Virus record (IMG/VR): IMGVR_UViG_3300042923_000474
Coordinates: 62,001 to 126,000 of that record
Length of the DNA: 64,000 nucleotides
Reading direction: 5' to 3' (one strand)
The notes below the pieces were generated by a model that was given only the letters and a program-made list of their open reading frames with translations, made no database searches and was not told the DNA's origin. Made by a program: the position numbers and the translations under genes. Of the stretch, positions 10,745-20,472 are shown one piece after another (the stretch's first letter is position 1; each line of letters opens with the position of its first letter).

Positions 10745-11332
10745 ATGGAAGTCAGACACGATCGAGACTGTGTTCGTGTCATGGGCATAGACCCAGGGTC
10801 CCGGACCCTGGGCATTGCTATCACCACGGTGTTCCCGTATGAACAGGAATGGACGTTGGATGAAGCATGGACACTGAACACTGAGTTAGCTTTAAGACTC
10901 AAGCGTTATCGTGCTGAACGAGTGGGCGACCATCAAGTCAGGATTGAGGCGATTGAGGAAGAGGTGTTTGACGCTCTTTGCGAATACCATCCCGATGCAG
11001 TGATCATGGAGACGCCTTACCTAGGCCGGCTCCCACAACCTTTCTTTGTGCTTACTCAAGTCATGGTGGCCATTGGCCGAGCCGTTCAACGGTATTCCGC
11101 AGCCATGCACTTGGAGAAGATTGATCCTTCAACTGCGAAGAAGGCCATAGGAGTCCCTGGTAACTCCTCTGACAAGTCTCTGGTGCGCAAAGCGGTCCTT
11201 GGGTTGAAGAACCTGGAGAACGTCTCTGACACACCTCTGACGAGCCTGGACGAGCACAGCATTGATGCCATTGCTGTTGCACACTACTACTGTGTCACTG
11301 AACTCGGGTTGGAGTTTAAGAAGCCATGTTAG
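10745..11332 (+). CDS. ruvC: RuvC-like Holliday junction resolvase
   Basis: VMGIDPGSRTLG, PDAVIMETP, KKAIG and DEHSIDAIAVA catalytic motifs. Confidence 0.93.
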   Translation: MEVRHDRDCVRVMGIDPGSRTLGIAITTVFPYEQEWTLDEAWTLNTELALRLKRYRAERVGDHQVRIEAIEEEVFDALCEYHPDAVIMETPYLGRLPQPFFVLTQVMVAIGRAVQRYSAAMHLEKIDPSTAKKAIGVPGNSSDKSLVRKAVLGLKNLENVSDTPLTSLDEHSIDAIAVAHYYCVTELGLEFKKPC

Positions 11333-11847
11333 ACAAACTCAAGAGTTACCTACTCCTGGGCTGTGGCTTGCTGTTGATATCACTCATCGTGGTGAATCTG
11401 TACGGCGTTCGCAAAGTCTGGAACCGCCTCGATGAAGTGGCCAACATGCGGGTCGAAGTTGCAGGGGAAAAGGTAGTGGCTCAACTTGCTGACAAACAGA
11501 AGGAAGCCATTACAAAAATTAATCAGGCTGGTGAAGATTCCACCGCTAGACTACAGGAAATTCTCAGTGATGCGCAGAACGAGAATACTGAGCGGAGCCA
11601 GCCGGCCCCGTCCACCAACGTTATTCAAGTGGTCAATGTTCCGTCAGCCCCTGTGGTTGCGAAAGCTACGCCACGTCCTACTCCTCAAGCGAAAGTCGAA
11701 GCTGTCCCTAAGGGTCCTTCTGCTACCACCACTCGCACTATTGATGAGTTGTGGAACAACTACTGTACAACCTTCCCCACCGAAAGTAGCTGTGATCGAC
11801 AAACGGCTACAACACGGGGAGTGTCGCCCAGTACCGCCACCCGCTAA
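11326..11847 (+). CDS. Putative inner-membrane spanin (Rz-like)
   Basis: Single N-terminal TM helix, coiled coil, Pro-rich linker, C-terminal Cys pair; overlapped by a lipoprotein ORF in the +1 frame. Confidence 0.65.
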   Translation: MLDKLKSYLLLGCGLLLISLIVVNLYGVRKVWNRLDEVANMRVEVAGEKVVAQLADKQKEAITKINQAGEDSTARLQEILSDAQNENTERSQPAPSTNVIQVVNVPSAPVVAKATPRPTPQAKVEAVPKGPSATTTRTIDELWNNYCTTFPTESSCDRQTATTRGVSPSTATR

Positions 11848-12001
11848 GGAATCCGTGGCGGGTCGTACTGATCAGGAGATGGTTCCCATCCTCGGTCAGG
11901 TCATCGTAAAGCAGAACGGGGTGATCGCCAAATGTATCGAGCAGATCGATACCGGCAACGTTTACCTCGAAAAGATCAATGAGGAGCTGAAAAAGAAATG
12001 A
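11636..12001 (+). CDS. Putative outer-membrane lipoprotein spanin (Rz1-like), start uncertain
   Basis: Basic N-region, hydrophobic LLLPPLALL, lipobox-like LMS-C, Pro-rich then helical mature part; overlaps the Rz-like 3' end. Confidence 0.6.
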   Translation: MFRQPLWLRKLRHVLLLKRKSKLSLRVLLLPPLALLMSCGTTTVQPSPPKVAVIDKRLQHGECRPVPPPAKESVAGRTDQEMVPILGQVIVKQNGVIAKCIEQIDTGNVYLEKINEELKKK

Positions 12002-12432
12002 ACCTCTTTACCGCGACTACGCTGAACGAGAATGCACCCATCGGCACCCAGTCGTGGTATTCGATGGTCCCTCTGATTCAGTTGAGCTTTCCCTCGGGCA
12101 CCAACTTCGATCCTACCATGACGTGTAAGGATTTCCTCGCACAGATCATGGGTTTGGAAGTTGAGATCCGTTCCCGTATCCTGAACATGGATATCCCTGT
12201 CGTGGCTGAACAAGTCGAAGAAGCAAAGCGTGAAGGGCACAAGTCATTGCTCGTGGGCGTCATTGCCTGTGTGGTGGTGGCCAGTGTGTTGATTACCGGC
12301 GGCTACATTGTGGCAACCAGTCATCTGACCGGGGCGGCTGATGCGGGGCTGTTTGAAAAGTTCACCACCTTCATCCTGGAGATTCTCAAGATGTTGGTGT
12401 CTATGTTGAGTGGGTCCACCCCAGCAGCATAA
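11998..12432 (+). CDS. Membrane protein with two C-terminal hydrophobic helices (holin candidate)
   Basis: LLVGVIACVVVASVLITGGYIV and FTTFILEILKMLVSML; coupled to the spanin pair. Confidence 0.55.
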   Translation: MNLFTATTLNENAPIGTQSWYSMVPLIQLSFPSGTNFDPTMTCKDFLAQIMGLEVEIRSRILNMDIPVVAEQVEEAKREGHKSLLVGVIACVVVASVLITGGYIVATSHLTGAADAGLFEKFTTFILEILKMLVSMLSGSTPAA

Positions 12433-12467
12433 AGCCTGCCTGCCCCCAAAGGGGCAGGCAGTTATGC
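12427..12467. terminator. Bidirectional hairpin terminator, GCATA/TATGC flanked
   Basis: TGCCTGCCCC-CAAA-GGGGCAGGCA between convergent genes; no T-tract. Confidence 0.75.
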
Positions 12468-12469
12468 CG

Positions 12470-13738
12470 TCATTCGAAAATGTCACACTTGATCTCAAGG
12501 ATCTCAGGGTTAGCCACTCGTAAACGATCACGGTTGGACCTGACAGCGTCTACCGCGTTGACATTGCGCCAACGGATGTCGTGCATGCGCATGTGATCGT
12601 GTGTGCCCTCTGGAGCCAGCAGGGCCCACTTAGGCCATTGGTCGAGCAACAAGTAGTTCATCAGTCGACCATCGTGATGTACAACCGGTGCCTTAACAGC
12701 TTCGTGGTGGAAGAACGCACAAGGGTGACCACCCACTTCCAGAGGAATACGATTGACGTACACATCAGGGCTGTTGATCACCACAATGAACGACTGACTG
12801 ATGGTCAACAACTCACGCAGGAAGTCACGTTGCAACACTTCTTGCGTACTGGTTACCGACGGGGAGTCTTTCTTCTTGGAGAGTACGGAGCGGATCTGCG
12901 AGAGGTCCATGTACTTCTCAGCCGTCAAGAAGCGTTCCAGATACGGATACTGCAACAGGTTGATTTCAAACAACCCATCACCCGTGGCACGGAACACACT
13001 GCCCAATGGGATCAGATGGCCGAGGAGCACCAACATAGCAGAAGAACGGCTCCAGTCGATACCAGGGACAGAGACGTAAATTGGAGTGTCCAGTGTAGCT
13101 CCTGGTTCAGGTAACCCTCCAAGCATTGATTCAACAATCGGGACAACTTTACACCCCCCAAGTTTACTGAAGCTAATGAGTCCCAAGCTGTTGATATTGG
13201 AGACCGCTACCGTGCGGCCACCTTGCATGACGTACATCCCGCGGCTAGAACTGTAGGTGCGGTGCAGAAAGCCTGCCACGCTGGCCAGACAGTTCGCCTC
13301 TACCATACCGCCTTCCATTCCTTTTTTAGTGACGAGCAGGTCAGTCTTGGCAGAATGCACCAACATGTCACTGGGCCCACCGCCGGGTGTGACCATCTCC
13401 ACTTGAAACTTTGCATGGATCGCGTCGGAGTAAACCGCTTGCACGGTACGGGTGTCTTTAAACTCCGTGGTGGGTAGCGCCGTGTTGCCCAACGCTGTGA
13501 ACCACTCACCCAATGTCATCTGCTCTTCAAAGCTATTGACGAAGGGGAGGGAATCCATAAAGAAGTCGAACAGGAACAACTTGTCCTTGTCCGCGCTGTG
13601 GGTGAGGACCATGCGGGTTTGTCCCAACACTTGTCCTACAGAGTGCACCTCAACTGCGAGGGCGGTTGCCAGATCCTGTTCGATCCAGCGCAGGCCATTT
13701 AGATTGACCTTGGCGAAGATTTTCTGTGGGGTATACAT
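12470..13738 (-). CDS. Hypothetical protein (422 aa), probably virion-associated
   Basis: Long ORF convergent on the terminator, in the structural region. Confidence 0.7.
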   Translation of the reverse strand: MYTPQKIFAKVNLNGLRWIEQDLATALAVEVHSVGQVLGQTRMVLTHSADKDKLFLFDFFMDSLPFVNSFEEQMTLGEWFTALGNTALPTTEFKDTRTVQAVYSDAIHAKFQVEMVTPGGGPSDMLVHSAKTDLLVTKKGMEGGMVEANCLASVAGFLHRTYSSSRGMYVMQGGRTVAVSNINSLGLISFSKLGGCKVVPIVESMLGGLPEPGATLDTPIYVSVPGIDWSRSSAMLVLLGHLIPLGSVFRATGDGLFEINLLQYPYLERFLTAEKYMDLSQIRSVLSKKKDSPSVTSTQEVLQRDFLRELLTISQSFIVVINSPDVYVNRIPLEVGGHPCAFFHHEAVKAPVVHHDGRLMNYLLLDQWPKWALLAPEGTHDHMRMHDIRWRNVNAVDAVRSNRDRLRVANPEILEIKCDIFE

Positions 13739-13791
13739 AGGGCCGCCTCTCGGCTGAAGAAGTATGTTATGGACGATGCATCGGCTATAAA

Positions 13792-13807
13792 ATAGCCGCC
13801 CCTATAA
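13792..13807 (+). promoter_or_regulatory. ATAGCC-N4-CTATAA motif, putative phage promoter
   Basis: Recurs at 24824-24839 (+) and 49055-49070 (-), each at a divergent junction. Confidence 0.45.
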
Positions 13808-13838
13808 ACCCCGGAGACGGATTCGGAGTACCCGAGAC

Positions 13839-16040
13839 ATGTCAATTGATCTCAACACCGTCAGTCTCCCCTTCGACCGTTGGGGCACAGCAGCTACCAA
13901 CAAGATCGTGGGGGAACGACAAACTCTCACCAGCGTCGCCTGGACAGAGTTCAATATCCTGATTCCGAAGTACGCTCCGTACTACTCGGAGAGTATCCCG
14001 AACGACGGCATTACTCACTTGCCAAGTGGGCGCAAGCTGGTTCGTGGTAAGGACTGGATCGAGGGCTGGTACTTCCAATCCGCTTCTGGCGAACTGGGCC
14101 TGGACCTGCACTGCTGCATTTATTTCTACGACCCAACCTTGGCGGGTGAAGTCGAGATCCCATCCTACCAAGCGATGGGTGGTGAATGGCAACTCAATGC
14201 GGCGTTGCTCACCAAGATCCTCGCAGAGAAACTGCTCAACCCACTGCGTTACTACTGGGAGCAGATTGCAGAGCTGCCAGAAATCTTCAACCCGCTGGAC
14301 CACGACCAAGACATCGAAGACTTTACTCGTCTCGGCAGCTTGATCGACGTCCTGCGTGAGATCGCTCAGGCGATCGGCAAAGATGACCCGGCTATCCTGG
14401 CTCACATTGCCAACAAGAACAACCCACACGGCACCAACAAAGGCCACGTGGGGCTGCCGCTGGTAGAGAACTGGCGTCCGGCTGATCTGAATGACTTGGT
14501 TGTCGGTAACTTGACGTACCAGGCGTACATGAACCCGCCGATGACGTACCAGTTGATCCAGCGTACGGCCATCCCTGCGATCAATGCGCACATTGCGCGG
14601 GTGGACAACCCTCACAATACCCGTGCAGACAAAACCGGTGCCTACTTCAGAGAAGAAGTTGATGCCCTGTTGGAATCGCTGGCTCGTGGTCTGATCCACA
14701 ACGTCTATGCTTATCGCCTTGAAGGTAAGAGCGTGGCCGACATTGTGGCACTGGCTCGTGGTGATGCCTCCGGCAGCCTGGACGAACTGCGCAACCTGAT
14801 CACCGGCGTTTCGAATGCGGCGAATGCTCACGCCCAACGTACTGACAATCCGCACAACACGCGGGCTGACAAGACGGGCGCCTACTTCACGACTGAAGTG
14901 GATGCGTTGCTCGATGCACTGGCTACAGGTAACCTGCACAACCTCTACGCCTACCGTTTGGAAGGCAAGAGCGTACAGGATATCATCAGTGCCTCCATCG
15001 CCGGTGTGGTTGACCGGATGGATGAGATCAAGCAGGACGTACTGGACACCCTGACCGCCACGCTGAACAACTACAAGGCTGTCGACACCACCAAGTTTGC
15101 CGGTAAAACGGAAGACCAGTGGGTGGACATCATTGATGGCAAAATCGTTGAGGCGGTGAACCATTGGAACATCTGGCCACCGGGCGACGTCATCGGTAGC
15201 GAGACTGAGGCAAGCGTTATCCTCATTGCGGAAATGTCCGACTCTGAAGATTCAGGCGGCACCGACGCCTCGCACCGTGGTAGCTTTGGCTTCCGTGTTC
15301 TGATGGGTGGTCCTAACACCACTTCTGCAACCAACTATGCCGACATCTTTGTATCGCAGAGTACGGGTCAGGCGTGGGGTATCGCCTCTGCTGCATTGCC
15401 AACCGGCGTCTCGTTCTTCTTGGAAAACAAGTTCGGTGACGATGGTTCGCTGTGGGATGGTACCAAGCGTCTGTACATGCGTGCTCCGGCAGGCTTTGGC
15501 GCTGTGGGCGTTACTGCGTTCTCCATGACCGGTATCACAGTTCCGGGCGAGCAGGACATCTGGAAGCAGTCGACGTGGAATGGTTTGGGTTCCCCTACCA
15601 ACACCGTCAACATCCAGCTGACCACCAACGGCACCAAGGAAATGACGGACGCCGTGGCTACCAACGTAGGTCTGCTGACTACAGCACTGACCAACTTGGG
15701 CACCACTGTCGGCACCCAAGGCGGCAAGATCCTCGCACTGGAGAACAGCAACAAAGTTCGCTATGCGCAGAGTCGTCAAATCCCAGCCGGTCTCAAGATC
15801 ACCATCGACCTGCAAACGTTGGTGACCGATCCTGCAGACTACGCCAAGTACGATTACCTGGGCGCTCGTGTCAACGTATTGCTCCTGGACGAGGTGGCCG
15901 AATCCAACTCCAAGGATTCGTACATTGAAGCCTCGACCACTGTGGTCAAAGCTCTCCGTGGCAACCGCTATCTGGATCTGTGGAACTACGATACGGTTCC
16001 GGTTACGGTCGCCGTGCGAATCGAGCTGCCATTGCTCTAA
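13839..16040 (+). CDS. Tail fibre protein, phiKZ gp145/146-like
   Basis: N-terminal attachment-type domain, NPH motifs, 80-aa tandem repeat, Gly/Ser/Thr-rich distal domain. Confidence 0.75.
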   Translation: MSIDLNTVSLPFDRWGTAATNKIVGERQTLTSVAWTEFNILIPKYAPYYSESIPNDGITHLPSGRKLVRGKDWIEGWYFQSASGELGLDLHCCIYFYDPTLAGEVEIPSYQAMGGEWQLNAALLTKILAEKLLNPLRYYWEQIAELPEIFNPLDHDQDIEDFTRLGSLIDVLREIAQAIGKDDPAILAHIANKNNPHGTNKGHVGLPLVENWRPADLNDLVVGNLTYQAYMNPPMTYQLIQRTAIPAINAHIARVDNPHNTRADKTGAYFREEVDALLESLARGLIHNVYAYRLEGKSVADIVALARGDASGSLDELRNLITGVSNAANAHAQRTDNPHNTRADKTGAYFTTEVDALLDALATGNLHNLYAYRLEGKSVQDIISASIAGVVDRMDEIKQDVLDTLTATLNNYKAVDTTKFAGKTEDQWVDIIDGKIVEAVNHWNIWPPGDVIGSETEASVILIAEMSDSEDSGGTDASHRGSFGFRVLMGGPNTTSATNYADIFVSQSTGQAWGIASAALPTGVSFFLENKFGDDGSLWDGTKRLYMRAPAGFGAVGVTAFSMTGITVPGEQDIWKQSTWNGLGSPTNTVNIQLTTNGTKEMTDAVATNVGLLTTALTNLGTTVGTQGGKILALENSNKVRYAQSRQIPAGLKITIDLQTLVTDPADYAKYDYLGARVNVLLLDEVAESNSKDSYIEASTTVVKALRGNRYLDLWNYDTVPVTVAVRIELPLL
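14583..14975 (+). repeat. Intragenic tandem repeat, 240-nt period
   Basis: DNPHNTRADKTGAYF..EVDALL..LA.G..HN.YAYRLEGKSV twice, starting 14583 and 14823. Confidence 0.9.
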
Positions 16041-16100
16041 ACCTTCATTGGGCGCCCCGCTCGTCGGGGCTAGTCCACGTTCGATTCAGGAGCATTCTTT

Positions 16101-17564
16101 ATGTCCCTTCGCCCGTTTAAGTTCGAGGTTGATAACACGGGTGTCAACCCGAACAACCTCGTACCGGCAGAGGCGCACACCCTACAAGCGTCGGGTAAGC
16201 GCTTCATCGTTACGGATCATGGCCCGTTCTATACGGACTCGTTGATCCTGATTGATCTGGCAACAGGTCAACAGTTGGCACCCCGTACACAGTTCACCGC
16301 TATCCAGCTGGAAGAAGATGCAACCGTTGAGTCCGGTAAGGAAGTCTGCTCGATTGTTATCATCGACGACCCCAAGGTCTCCAACCGTGTAGCGATCACT
16401 TACCAAGCCTACGGCGGCTGGATGTCCTATTCGGTTACGGCCATCATCGAGATGATCGAGAACCTGGACTTGGACAACCGAGTCATTCACTGGGCAGACA
16501 TTGTGGGCAAGCCGGATCGCTATCCGCCTGCTCCGCACCAACACCCATTGTCCGACGTTTATGGTTGGCACAAACTGTTCCCATCGCTTAATGCCATCCG
16601 TGAGGCTATCCTCGCCGGTGACCAGGCGGTGTTCGACCAGATCCGTGCATCGTTCGCTGCTGAGATTGCAAGGCTTGAGGCTAAGGATGCTGACATCCTG
16701 AACAAGCTGAACTCTCACATCAGTAACCTTGCCAACCCGCACAACGTTACCATCCATCAAATCGACGGTCTGTCCTCTAGCGAGATCTACGCGCTGTTGG
16801 CTCAGAAGCTCGGCAAGACGGAGACCGCGGTTAACTCGATGAAACTGGAAGGGCGTAGCTTCCTGCAAACTCGTGATGAGATTGTAGGCTCTATCCAGAA
16901 CCCAGAGCTGAGCCGTGGCCTGTTCAACAAGCCCAACTTGGGTGAGAACTGGAACACCAGCGATGCGTCGTTGCTGTTGACCCGCGATGGTTGGAAGAAC
17001 TTCAAGCAACACGAAACTCAGTTCGGTCGCAGCATTACTGAGCTGGGCGGCTACACCACGTCTGAAACAAACAACCTGCTCAACCAGCGTCTGCCTGTAG
17101 GCGGTACCGCCGTCAATGCCAACGCGTTGGAAGGCCGCTCGTTTGGTCAGACCCGTGCCGAGATCGTGGGCAGCATCCAGAACCCTGAACTGGTTCGTGG
17201 TTATTTCAACAAGAATAACCTCGGTGAAAACTGGAACCCTGTCAACAACAAGTTGGTCCTGACCGCAACTGGCTGGCGTGAGTTTGCCACCATGGCGGGT
17301 GAGAACGGCTTGGACGGCGGCTCTCTGATCTGGTCGGGTGGCATGCGTTGGGCTCAGGTGCAAGTGGCGTACGCTGACAACACCCGTTACAAGCCCGGCA
17401 CTGCTGTGATCTTCGTGTACACCAACTACAACGTTTGGGGTACCGGTAACGGTACGGCTTCGACCTCCGTTGACACCTACGGCATCATGGTCAAGATTGC
17501 CGCTGGTCAATGGATCTTGGTAGCAACCTCTGGCCCAGCCACTAACCAGGCCAACAATCTGTAA
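16101..17564 (+). CDS. Second tail fibre protein
   Basis: Related N-terminal domain, NPHNVT motif, 94-aa internal repeat. Confidence 0.75.
   Translation: MSLRPFKFEVDNTGVNPNNLVPAEAHTLQASGKRFIVTDHGPFYTDSLILIDLATGQQLAPRTQFTAIQLEEDATVESGKEVCSIVIIDDPKVSNRVAITYQAYGGWMSYSVTAIIEMIENLDLDNRVIHWADIVGKPDRYPPAPHQHPLSDVYGWHKLFPSLNAIREAILAGDQAVFDQIRASFAAEIARLEAKDADILNKLNSHISNLANPHNVTIHQIDGLSSSEIYALLAQKLGKTETAVNSMKLEGRSFLQTRDEIVGSIQNPELSRGLFNKPNLGENWNTSDASLLLTRDGWKNFKQHETQFGRSITELGGYTTSETNNLLNQRLPVGGTAVNANALEGRSFGQTRAEIVGSIQNPELVRGYFNKNNLGENWNPVNNKLVLTATGWREFATMAGENGLDGGSLIWSGGMRWAQVQVAYADNTRYKPGTAVIFVYTNYNVWGTGNGTASTSVDTYGIMVKIAAGQWILVATSGPATNQANNL
16824..17285 (+). repeat. Intragenic repeat, 282-nt period
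   Basis: TAVN...LEGRSF.QTR.EIVGSIQNPEL.RG.FNK.NLGENWN....L.LT..GW..F twice, starting 16824 and 17106. Confidence 0.9.
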
Positions 17565-17573
17565 GGAGGCGTC

Positions 17574-18146
17574 ATGAACATTGCTGCATTGTCTGGTGCC
17601 TTCGCGCAGGCGCCGAGTATTGTGGGGGGTACCGCCAAAGTTTGGTTGATCTTCAACCGAGCCAACGGCGTGTATTGGGGTTTCGCTCAGTACGATGAAG
17701 ACCATGCGTTTGATGAAGACTACTTCGTCTTGGTCGAAGCTGAGATGGATGCCACCTATGAAGGCGTGGTTGGGACTTATCCCGATTACAAGATCATGGC
17801 CAAGGCAGACATGCCTCAGGAAATCGACGAGGCCATGCTCAATGCAATGACCTCCGAGAACATCGAAACCCGCTACCCTGTGACCAAGCAGATCAATAAC
17901 CTGGCTGCCGTGGTTATGTTGTTGGCCAAAACCGCTGGTCTACAAGACAACGAGTTGGTCGTCGCGCTACAGGAACAGGTGGATGAAATCGCCGACATCC
18001 TGCGCAACAACTCTCTGCGTAAGCAGGGTTACGCGGGTAACGATGCGTTCAAGTTCGTCACCACCGACGACCGTGCACGTGCCGAGAACTCCAAGTACGA
18101 AGGTGGTCTGCATGAGCGAATGGGTCCAAGAACAGTTGTATCCTGA
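17574..18146 (+). CDS. Putative tail fibre assembly/accessory protein
   Basis: Follows the fibre gene; acidic; YPVTKQINNL helix; AAGGAGG RBS. Confidence 0.55.
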   Translation: MNIAALSGAFAQAPSIVGGTAKVWLIFNRANGVYWGFAQYDEDHAFDEDYFVLVEAEMDATYEGVVGTYPDYKIMAKADMPQEIDEAMLNAMTSENIETRYPVTKQINNLAAVVMLLAKTAGLQDNELVVALQEQVDEIADILRNNSLRKQGYAGNDAFKFVTTDDRARAENSKYEGGLHERMGPRTVVS

Positions 18147-18618
18147 CGTTCTTAGTCCTGTTGTCTGTACGGAAATGCTGGAGCGGTGTAAAGCCCTCCA
18201 GCCGTTCCACTGGGTCAAAGTCGATCGAGCCATGGGAAAGCAGGGGTATGCCGGGGCGTGGTCCCGGTATGCCTATGTTACGCAAGATTCCGTACCTAAG
18301 GAATTGGCCGACTGGATCTGGGCACAGGCACCTAAGAACCCGGCGTGGGAGTTGGGGCGGTTTGTTGTGAACCGCTATCGGGTCGGGGAATTCATTGGTC
18401 TACATAAGGACCGTGGCACCCACGATCTGAATTTAATCATCCCTCTGCAGACTGGTGAAGACGGCGTGTCCATCGAAGACGTGCTGTATCCCGATGTGGT
18501 GGGTAATGGGCGACTCCATATCTACAACGGCAAACCTCATTGCGTGCCCCCTGTTAAGACAGAGCGCTACGTGGTGATTTACCTGTACAAAGAGGTAGGT
18601 ATCCATGATCAAGGATAA
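18112..18618 (+). CDS. 2OG-Fe(II) dioxygenase (P4H/AlkB-type fold)
   Basis: VNRYRVGEFIGLHKD (HxD), distal H in PHCVPPV, 2OG-binding R in ERYVV. Confidence 0.85.
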   Translation: MSEWVQEQLYPDVLSPVVCTEMLERCKALQPFHWVKVDRAMGKQGYAGAWSRYAYVTQDSVPKELADWIWAQAPKNPAWELGRFVVNRYRVGEFIGLHKDRGTHDLNLIIPLQTGEDGVSIEDVLYPDVVGNGRLHIYNGKPHCVPPVKTERYVVIYLYKEVGIHDQG

Positions 18619-19270
18619 TTTGGGTCCAGACATCAAACGTCTGTCCCCGCTTACAGACGAGCAGCTTAAAGGCCTTATCGCCTACGCTGACTCGCACACG
18701 ATGTTCCCTGGCAACTTTCCACACATGGGCATCAATGGCCGCGACAATGTCTCGGTCTATCTGCAACACTCGATGTACAAGCAACCGATCCGTGACCGTA
18801 AGGCGCTGCGTGAATTCATGCCGAGCCTGCATGAGAAGGCGATCTTGGAATACTTCTTGGAGTATCCAGCCAAGCGTGGTCACCTTGACCTGCAGACGTA
18901 CTGGATCGGTAAGCGTCCGGCCATGCGCATTGCAGCCTGGTGCCTGTCTGAAGAGGCCACCTTCTACAACTGCCGCAACATTACCAACCCAGCTTTCTCC
19001 ATGGATGAAACCATTCCAGTGGGTGACGTGGTGGCCGATGCCGACCGCATTGAGTTGGTGACGCTGGAGAATGCTGAGTATTGGGCGAACCGTGATGACA
19101 TCATTCGTCAGAACGCGCCGACTGAACATGTCTTCAAGCAAGGCGAAGGTTTCGTTTTCAACTTGAACAACGCGCACGCCGTGCTCAAGCAATCCACCAC
19201 TCAACGCTGGTTCTGCTTGGGGCTGATGATGGCTCCCGACAGTGTCCACGCACCCAAGTCATGGATCTAA
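18605..19270 (+). CDS. Divergent 2OG-Fe(II) dioxygenase/cupin-like protein
   Basis: GHLD (HxD), FKQGEGFVFNLNNAHAV (distal H), QRWF; about 50-aa insertion relative to the flanking paralogues. Confidence 0.55.
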   Translation: MIKDNLGPDIKRLSPLTDEQLKGLIAYADSHTMFPGNFPHMGINGRDNVSVYLQHSMYKQPIRDRKALREFMPSLHEKAILEYFLEYPAKRGHLDLQTYWIGKRPAMRIAAWCLSEEATFYNCRNITNPAFSMDETIPVGDVVADADRIELVTLENAEYWANRDDIIRQNAPTEHVFKQGEGFVFNLNNAHAVLKQSTTQRWFCLGLMMAPDSVHAPKSWI

Positions 19271-19274
19271 ACAA

Positions 19275-19799
19275 ATGGACTTCGACAAGACATTGGGGTT
19301 TCAATCCATCCCAGGGTTGATCACTCCGGTACTGTGCGACTTGGTTAAGGAAGCCCTCGAACGGTTGCCTGCCCAATACTGGGCCCTGCGCGATGTACTG
19401 GCTCCCGGTCGTGGTTACCCAGGTGAGTCCTGCCGCTACCACTGGGCAGGGCCTAATACGCTCCCTAAAGAGCTTTACCGGTCTTTGCTGGACATTGCCC
19501 CTAAGCATCCAGAACTCGACCTGTACGAGGCCTGTGTGAACCGCTATGAGCCAGGAGACTACATCGGCAGACACCGTGATCGAGACGGCTGCATTCTCAA
19601 CGTCACAGTACCTCTGCAAGCGGATGGCGATGGCCTGCTCGTGGACGATGTGTTTTACCCCGATGTCATTGGCCAAGGCAATCTGTTATACAAGTCTGGT
19701 CCTGCCCATTCAGTGCCGCCTGCCAAGCGCAGTCGTTACGTTTTGATCTTCCTCTATACGGAGAAGCCCCATGATCACCGTTTCCCGCCTGGGCAATAG
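19275..19799 (+). CDS. 2OG-Fe(II) dioxygenase, paralogue of 18112-18618
   Basis: VNRYEPGDYIGRHRD, AHSVPPA, SRYVLIFLY. Confidence 0.85.
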   Translation: MDFDKTLGFQSIPGLITPVLCDLVKEALERLPAQYWALRDVLAPGRGYPGESCRYHWAGPNTLPKELYRSLLDIAPKHPELDLYEACVNRYEPGDYIGRHRDRDGCILNVTVPLQADGDGLLVDDVFYPDVIGQGNLLYKSGPAHSVPPAKRSRYVLIFLYTEKPHDHRFPPGQ

Positions 19800-20466
19800 C
19801 TGGGCATCTGCCACTGACCCCAAGACAGGTGAGTTGGTATTGATTCATTTGGATAGTCTGCGCCAAGAGGTGAGTGATCCCCTCGAATCGTCCGCTATCG
19901 TTTCGACCTTCAGCTTCTATCGTCGCCCTCAACCGGGTGAAGGTGAAGTGGTCAAGCCTACCGCCGATAACCTCAAGCAGGCCAAGCGCTTCCCTAACGA
20001 AGTGGTTCTGCTGATGGGAATGGCTGACGGCGAGAACCCTGCTCGTTTGTTCGATCAGGTGGTCTACGTGTTGTTTGCGGTGTTGTTCGAAACCCATCCT
20101 CCGATGACGTACGAAGAATATCAGCTGTACCTCAAGCAGACTCCGCGTTACGGTCGCAATTACCTGGCCCTGCCAAACCCATCGAGCCCTACTGGGCGCT
20201 TTGCGGTGTGGAACATCCTCTTCACTCGTACCTACGGCTTGAATGCCGAAGGCGTGTTCACCAAGCTCTCGGCGAAAGCCAAGTATCGCTTTGGTTACAT
20301 GGGCGGTGTGGAAGTGTTCCCAGGCACGATCTACAACTTCCCTCAAGGCTTCATGCTGGAGCGTAGCGTGGAAGGTCATGACTTTATTGAACTCATGGCT
20401 AACCTGCTGACTCTCGCCAGTCAGAGTGAAGACGTGGCCAAGGTTGAGCCGTACTGGGTCAAGTAA
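19771..20466 (+). CDS. Hypothetical protein (231 aa)
   Basis: Overlap-coupled to the dioxygenase, RBS GGAGAAG, last gene before a terminator. Confidence 0.7.
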   Translation: MITVSRLGNSWASATDPKTGELVLIHLDSLRQEVSDPLESSAIVSTFSFYRRPQPGEGEVVKPTADNLKQAKRFPNEVVLLMGMADGENPARLFDQVVYVLFAVLFETHPPMTYEEYQLYLKQTPRYGRNYLALPNPSSPTGRFAVWNILFTRTYGLNAEGVFTKLSAKAKYRFGYMGGVEVFPGTIYNFPQGFMLERSVEGHDFIELMANLLTLASQSEDVAKVEPYWVK

Positions 20467-20472
20467 TGCTGC

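Noticed and set aside
13839-17564. Diversity-generating retroelement or invertible cassette acting on tail fibres
   Set aside because: No reverse transcriptase, recombinase or adenine-specific template/variable repeat pair seen; the repeats are in-frame protein duplications.
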